Shown here piece by piece: positions 58,931 through 64,000 of a DNA stretch of 64,000 bases. This DNA comes from a virus (taxonomy: Duplodnaviria; Caudoviricetes). Position 1 is the stretch's first letter. Each line of letters begins with the position of its first letter. Position numbers and translations under genes: made by a program. Location: the IMG/VR virus record IMGVR_UViG_3300028832_000110, positions 43,406-107,405 of that record. The stretch is one strand, 5' to 3'. The notes beneath the pieces are model-generated. The model was not told where the DNA came from. It made no database searches and worked only from the letters and a program-made list of their open reading frames with translations.

Positions 58931-59862
58931 TCCAGTTCTGGCTCAAAGAAGATGCGCGGCACGGCGTTTCTCAGGTCGTAGAGGCGATCAACCTTGCGAA
59001 TGTCAAAGCGATGCTGATACATTCTGACATATTTCTTCACTTCGTCGGTATTGACTTTTTTCAATACCTCAAATCCCAAATAAGCATAATAGAAATCGGT
59101 TTGCCTGCGCAAGCCAAAGTAATTTAGGGCTTTATCGAATGTAAGCCCACATCTATGGTACTCTGGAAACCATATCTCCAGAAACTCAATGACAGCCTTG
59201 TTTTCGGGGCAATACAGCGGTTTTTCGGGGAAATTCCATGCGCCTATTCCCAAGCCATCCGTCTCTGCCATTATCATCAGCAGAAGGTTAAACTTGAACT
59301 GGCGTTGGTTGATGTCAATACCCATTAACAGGTTTGACAACGCCATAAACGGGTCAAAGCACTTGTTTTCCTTCAGTACTTCGCGGATGCTGTTTTCTAT
59401 CCCACCGTATTCGTCGTATAGTTCCCTTACCCTGCTCAATAAATGGGCGATGTGGAAGTTCCGGGTGAAGGCTCCTGGGAGTCTTTCATTCTGCAACTCG
59501 CCGATGGTCAAGTCAGACAGACCGCCTTTTGCTATCATAGAGTCGTAGGGATGACTACCCAAAATATCGAGCATAGTACCCTGCTGAATCAGCAGTTGGT
59601 CGTTGTTGGCAAATAGGAGGCTGACAAACATTGCCACCTCCTTATCCCTCAGATCGTCGTAGTGGTCTGCAAGGCTGAACAGATGCAAGCCGAATTTCCC
59701 TCTGGCTCTGAAAGCATCCGCGAGCTGCTGAATCCATATCCTATTATGCTCACCGAATTTGTCAAGGAAAGCAAGGGTGTTTTTCTGCCTTATCTCTGTG
59801 GCGTAGGCAGAAGAAACATTCCTCGCTATCCTTTTTTCTTCCTTTTTCTTGTCATTCTTCAT
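58927..59862 (-). CDS. Divergent DUF2400/TIGR02757-like (HhH-type) protein
   Basis: DKEVAMFVS...LGSHPYD and FNLLLMIM...DGLGIGAW resemble this family; probable start 59862. Confidence 0.5.
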   Translation of the reverse strand: MKNDKKKEEKRIARNVSSAYATEIRQKNTLAFLDKFGEHNRIWIQQLADAFRARGKFGLHLFSLADHYDDLRDKEVAMFVSLLFANNDQLLIQQGTMLDILGSHPYDSMIAKGGLSDLTIGELQNERLPGAFTRNFHIAHLLSRVRELYDEYGGIENSIREVLKENKCFDPFMALSNLLMGIDINQRQFKFNLLLMIMAETDGLGIGAWNFPEKPLYCPENKAVIEFLEIWFPEYHRCGLTFDKALNYFGLRRQTDFYYAYLGFEVLKKVNTDEVKKYVRMYQHRFDIRKVDRLYDLRNAVPRIFFEPELE

Positions 59863-60718
59863 TGGCAATCTTTTTCGGATCGTAGTACGCTGACCTATGA
59901 GCAACCGCCATGTCAATGAGAATAATCCTATCCTTTTCCAGAATGAAGTCAACGCTCCATTTCCCAAGCATCCTAACACTGGATAGCGCGTCTTGAATCA
60001 GTGGCAGGTATTTCTTACCCAAAGCCTCAACAAGTTCATTCTCACGCTTGTATTCGGATTCATAGACGGCGGCATCGTCGGCATTGCGTTCGCAGATGGG
60101 GTCATGGCAATAATCCCAATCCCAATAATTGACGGTATATAACACCTTCTTTTGGTCGAAGTCGTAGAATACGCGCATTTCAGGACGGAACGGCATACCG
60201 TTGTAGATGGTCTTGGTTCCTGGCTCTGGCTCTATCCACTCCCTCATAACGACCTCAGTAAAGCCGTCGGTATCGAGACAAAGACCATCGTACATGATAT
60301 TGATGATTTTCTCCGCAATATCAAATACGTTGTCTTTCTGGAAAATATGGCAGTTCTTATTGAAGTTGAACTTATTGCTGAAACAGCCGTTCTTTATGAA
60401 GATGTCCTGCTCAGTGAAATATTTCTCAATGGCAGGCATGAGGCGACGCTTGACCCAATTAACGACACATTCCCTATCGCCTGCTTGCTCCATGAAAAAC
60501 GACAAATAAACCTCTTCCGGCACAAAGGAGATATATGACTTTGGAACATATATGCCTTTTTCCCGCAATCCCACAATCTTAGGAAACCAGTACGAAAAGT
60601 TATTTGCGTTTCTCAGCATAGCAAGCCAGTTCTGGCAATAGCTGATATTTTTCTCTTCGTCAGTGAGTTTGGCATACGCCTTTGCGAAATCCAAAACATC
60701 TGTATTAGACTCTGCCAT
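59852..60718 (-). CDS. ATP-grasp-like protein
   Basis: IFIKNG, VVMREWI, EMRVF, WSVDFI...LIDMA. Confidence 0.55.
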   Translation of the reverse strand: MAESNTDVLDFAKAYAKLTDEEKNISYCQNWLAMLRNANNFSYWFPKIVGLREKGIYVPKSYISFVPEEVYLSFFMEQAGDRECVVNWVKRRLMPAIEKYFTEQDIFIKNGCFSNKFNFNKNCHIFQKDNVFDIAEKIINIMYDGLCLDTDGFTEVVMREWIEPEPGTKTIYNGMPFRPEMRVFYDFDQKKVLYTVNYWDWDYCHDPICERNADDAAVYESEYKRENELVEALGKKYLPLIQDALSSVRMLGKWSVDFILEKDRIILIDMAVAHRSAYYDPKKIANEE

Positions 60719-60722
60719 AGCC

Positions 60723-61505
60723 CTAATTGTCAAATTTGAACGTAATATCTACTCCAGTACGCTTGTCAACGTATTTGTCGGCAGGAATATCTTTGCCGTC
60801 ATAGATATGGGGCATGACCAAGAATATCTTGTGCTTGGCATGAATATCGTCAATGACTTTCTGCATGGTGGGAATATCCACTTTCCATGCCTTTTCCATT
60901 GAGTCAACGAAAAAGAGTCTGTCAGAGGGTTTGCCATCGAGATCATAACCCTTCAAATATCTTGTGCGCTTCGTCTGCTTGTTTTTCAGAGCGAATAGGA
61001 CGAAGGGAATGGTGAAGTCGTTTTTCTCAGTGAGATAGACTTCGCGGATGCACACACGTTCGGTATTGGAGCATCTGATACGGTTGAGGGTTAGTTCGGC
61101 ATTGCTCCTGCCCTTGAAGAATTCGCAGTGCATGATATTGCCGTCGTACTGAGGAATCTGGCGCATGACCTTTTTATGGTTCTTGTCATAGACCAATTCC
61201 TCGCCGCAATAATATACGGTCTCACATTTGCCGTTGCACTCTATGGCATAGAACTTCTGGCTACTCAATTTCTCCAGTTCGGCACGGCTTAACACGATGG
61301 CTTGACACTTTTTCTTGAAGCCTACGTTGAGCATAGAAGCCAAATCAATGGCATCCATATCACCCTCTATCTTGATTGCCTCGTCAGCATTCAGAGTGAG
61401 GATCGGTTCTGACCAGAAGAAAAACTTTCTTCTATATCCGGCAAAAAAGCGGATTACGCCTTTTTCGCCAACTCTCGGTGTGATTGCAATTACGTTCATA
61501 ATCAT
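60723..61505 (-). CDS. Hypothetical protein
   Basis: 260 aa. Confidence 0.7.
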   Translation of the reverse strand: MIMNVIAITPRVGEKGVIRFFAGYRRKFFFWSEPILTLNADEAIKIEGDMDAIDLASMLNVGFKKKCQAIVLSRAELEKLSSQKFYAIECNGKCETVYYCGEELVYDKNHKKVMRQIPQYDGNIMHCEFFKGRSNAELTLNRIRCSNTERVCIREVYLTEKNDFTIPFVLFALKNKQTKRTRYLKGYDLDGKPSDRLFFVDSMEKAWKVDIPTMQKVIDDIHAKHKIFLVMPHIYDGKDIPADKYVDKRTGVDITFKFDN

Positions 61506-62554
61506 TTATTTTTAGTTACCTTAAATTTCTCGCTAAGTTTCTCGGCAGTCTTGGCGTTCTGTTTCCTCTCTTCATCCTCCAAGGCCGATTTGTACTCTTC
61601 TCTTGCCTTTGGATTAAGCTCAATGGCTTTCTGAGCTGCTTCATCCATCAAATCGTCATCGCGCAAATCGGAAATGAAATCATCCCAAGCCCATTGCACT
61701 CGTTGGTTCTTTTCGCCATCAAATCCGGCTACATCAAAGCAGCCGTACTTGTCTTTCTCCACCTTTATGCCTAACGACTCAGACATTGCGACAAAATGCT
61801 TTGTCATATCGGTAAGTCGGTCATTGGCATAGACACCAGAGAAATCGACCTTGCAGGCATTGTAGAAATCCTTGAAGAAAGTGGCGAAGCTATGGTGTGC
61901 TGCTTTCGCCATGAGCAAGGCAACCTCTATCCTGCCTTTCATTTCGACATCGCGCCAACCCAACCTAATCATGTAGTCACGTATGGCTTCATAGAGTTTT
62001 TCTATTCTTGGGTGTACGGTGTCGTAGCTGATGCGCAAGTGATCCTGCATCGTAAACCAAGCCGTTTTCTCAATATTTTTCTTTCGCGGCTCTTCATACC
62101 TCTCATACGCTTCCTCGGCACGGAGATAATTCTTCTTGACGGTGAATCGGAGTTTGTTGGCTTTTTCCAGAAGGTCATAGACATCTATCATTGACTGATG
62201 CGTGATGTAGTTGACGCGATGGATAATGAGGAAATTAAGCCTTGCTCTCTCTTGATAGTCCATGAGTTCTCCAAAGGTTATCTGGCAATCCTTTGCAAAT
62301 ACCATTTTCCTCATGTCCGGCACATAGACAGCCAACAAGGTAAGTACAGCAGCCAAATCAAGTTTCGTGAGTCCTTTGTCTTTCTGGAATTGCTCTATCT
62401 TATCCATGCCGTTGAAGTCACGTACCTTCGTAGCCTTCAGCAATTCCAATAGTTCCTCACTTGTCTTTGTAGTGATAGTCTGCGCATTTCTGGCTTCGTC
62501 TACCGCTGCTTTCATGTCATCTACGGGAGTAGTTTCTTTCTTTTTCTTTGCCAT
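61502..62554 (-). CDS. Hypothetical protein
   Basis: 350 aa, helical. Confidence 0.75.
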   Translation of the reverse strand: MAKKKKETTPVDDMKAAVDEARNAQTITTKTSEELLELLKATKVRDFNGMDKIEQFQKDKGLTKLDLAAVLTLLAVYVPDMRKMVFAKDCQITFGELMDYQERARLNFLIIHRVNYITHQSMIDVYDLLEKANKLRFTVKKNYLRAEEAYERYEEPRKKNIEKTAWFTMQDHLRISYDTVHPRIEKLYEAIRDYMIRLGWRDVEMKGRIEVALLMAKAAHHSFATFFKDFYNACKVDFSGVYANDRLTDMTKHFVAMSESLGIKVEKDKYGCFDVAGFDGEKNQRVQWAWDDFISDLRDDDLMDEAAQKAIELNPKAREEYKSALEDEERKQNAKTAEKLSEKFKVTKNK

Positions 62555-62558
62555 AATT

Positions 62559-62708
62559 TTAATAGGTTGAGCGTTCTAACTGTTGTTCAATAGGGTCTTC
62601 GTCATCATCGTCTTCGGGATAAGGCTCCCATCCGACGCAGATACCACCAATTCGTTGGTGCATACATCTGCCATAGTGTTGGCAGTGGTGTTCGCATTGC
62701 TGTGCCAT
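62559..62708 (-). CDS. Small Cys/His-rich protein
   Basis: MAQQCEHHCQHYGRC... Confidence 0.45.
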   Translation of the reverse strand: MAQQCEHHCQHYGRCMHQRIGGICVGWEPYPEDDDDEDPIEQQLERSTY

Positions 62709-62710
62709 AA

Positions 62711-63049
62711 TTATCTCCTTTCTGCTTTTTGTAAACGATATTCTTCCACCCAAATCGGGTAGGTTAAGCCGTCAAAACTGACTAAGCAAGTCAAATCTTT
62801 TTCGTCAACCTTTTCCACCGTTCCATACCTTCCACGATAAAGGTTTTCTTTCGGGGCTACTGGAATAACGGTGTCACCAACTTTGAATCTTGGTTTACGG
62901 TTCTTTCGGTCTATTAGGTCTTCTACCATTCTGCGATGGATTTCAAAGTCTCTGATAGATCGCCGTCGCTGATAATCGACATAAAGAAGTAAGAGGATTG
63001 CGACAATAGGGAAAATTATGGCAATCCAAAAATCAATTTCTATTTTCAT
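62711..63049 (-). CDS. Membrane-anchored KOW-like protein
   Basis: N-terminal TM helix; FKVGDTV...GRYGTVEKVD. Confidence 0.6.
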   Translation of the reverse strand: MKIEIDFWIAIIFPIVAILLLLYVDYQRRRSIRDFEIHRRMVEDLIDRKNRKPRFKVGDTVIPVAPKENLYRGRYGTVEKVDEKDLTCLVSFDGLTYPIWVEEYRLQKAERR

Positions 63050-63085
63050 AATTATTGGGATTTGTGTTACATTCTGGAAGTAATG

Positions 63086-63838
63086 TCACTCAAAAAGGTT
63101 TAGCTGCTCCACGACCCTGCCGTCTGGCAAAGTAGTTCGCTCCAGACACACCTTATCGAAACGCTCACAGCCGTCACGGAAATAGTTTTTGTCTATCTCA
63201 CAGCCCCAATAGTCATATCTCATTTTGTAGGCTGCAACCCTGCTACTCTGGCTACCCATCATCGGATCAAATATTTTATCCCCGGGGTTTGCGAAGGTTT
63301 TCAGCAGATATGCGTATAGGTCAACTGGCTTTTCCGTAGGGTGAATCTTTTTGTAAGCCCTCATGTCTGGCACTGAGCCGCCTCTACTACCCATGCGGAA
63401 TAGTTTTGCGGGCTTATCGAAAGAAGTCCATGCCAGTTCGACTTGCGAGAAATTTTCCCAAGGCTGTTCTTTATCCCAACACACGATGCAGCGTGTAGGA
63501 GGCAGGTTAAAGTAGTTTCCACCCCATATAATGCGATTCTTCGACACTCTCTCCAGTTCATCGAAAAATTCCTGCGACGGTGGCTCAAAATCCCAATCGC
63601 AGTTCATTTGATTCAATGCGCGATTCTTCAATTTGCCTGCGCCGCTGTTAAGCCTGCCCTTACGCAATCGGTTGGCTGTGCTTTCGTAGCCTTTGGTTTC
63701 GCCCATCTTCATTTGAGTGGCGTTTATCCCATACGGCGGATCGGCAATGGCGAGGTCAAAGAACTTGTCTGGAAGAGAGCGCATAAACTCCATGCAATCG
63801 CAGTTATGCACCTCAGATAACGGTTTCATTACTTCCAT
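63086..63838 (-). CDS. DNA amino-methyltransferase (N6A/N4C, beta class)
   Basis: DPPY, HPTEKP, FDPMMGSQS motifs. Confidence 0.9.
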   Translation of the reverse strand: MEVMKPLSEVHNCDCMEFMRSLPDKFFDLAIADPPYGINATQMKMGETKGYESTANRLRKGRLNSGAGKLKNRALNQMNCDWDFEPPSQEFFDELERVSKNRIIWGGNYFNLPPTRCIVCWDKEQPWENFSQVELAWTSFDKPAKLFRMGSRGGSVPDMRAYKKIHPTEKPVDLYAYLLKTFANPGDKIFDPMMGSQSSRVAAYKMRYDYWGCEIDKNYFRDGCERFDKVCLERTTLPDGRVVEQLNLFE

Positions 63839-63892
63839 AATGTATCTCAGATAATTGGTTATTGGGCTACATAATTATTCTAATGTAGCCTT

Positions 63893-64000
63893 ATGAGTGA
63901 GGAACTACAAATCAAAATTAATCGCGCTATCAAACTCCTGCAATCAGCAGCGGCAAAGGCAGCAGAGGCAGGACAACCGCTTGAACTATGTTATAGCGGA
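63893..64000 (+). CDS. PAPS-reductase-family protein (5' part only)
   Basis: MSEELQIKINRAIKLLQ...LELCYSG, truncated where an SGGKDS motif would be expected. Confidence 0.55.
   Translation, partial: MSEELQIKINRAIKLLQSAAAKAAEAGQPLELCYSG

Noticed and set aside
1-64000. Stop-codon reassignment, tRNA or rRNA genes
   Set aside because: Long genes are intact under the standard code, and no tRNA or rRNA pattern was recognised by eye.

Overview
This window is 64 kb of a large tailed (siphovirus-type) phage or prophage of a Bacteroidota host, inferred from TAnnTTTG promoters, A-rich leaders without Shine-Dalgarno sites, and Bacteroidales-phage-like proteins. 1-24.7 kb is a minus-strand virion operon: scaffold, decoration, major capsid, neck, tail tube, frameshifting tail chaperones, a 2450-aa tape measure protein, distal tail/hub proteins and a tail fibre that runs off the left edge. 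24.8-30.6 kb is a divergent packaging operon: terminase with an Ala-start intein in Walker A, portal, gp7/MuF-like head protein and possible TerS. 30.7-37.0 kb holds minus-strand accessory and replication genes ending in an SF3 helicase next to an iteron-rich putative origin. 37-40.5 kb is a repeat-rich control region with a candidate structured RNA. The most striking feature is 40.5-58.1 kb: a co-oriented array of ~30 small unrelated genes, nearly all separated by a hairpin with a variable 9-13 bp stem and a conserved 6-nt loop (TTAATT, consensus N-Y-A-A-Y-N). The array ends at a tyrosine recombinase and contains an apparent DGR target gene whose TR and RT are not in the window. 58.7-64 kb holds minus-strand genes including a DNA methyltransferase, plus the start of a PAPS-reductase-like gene. 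All annotations come from reading motifs by eye; no database searches were run.
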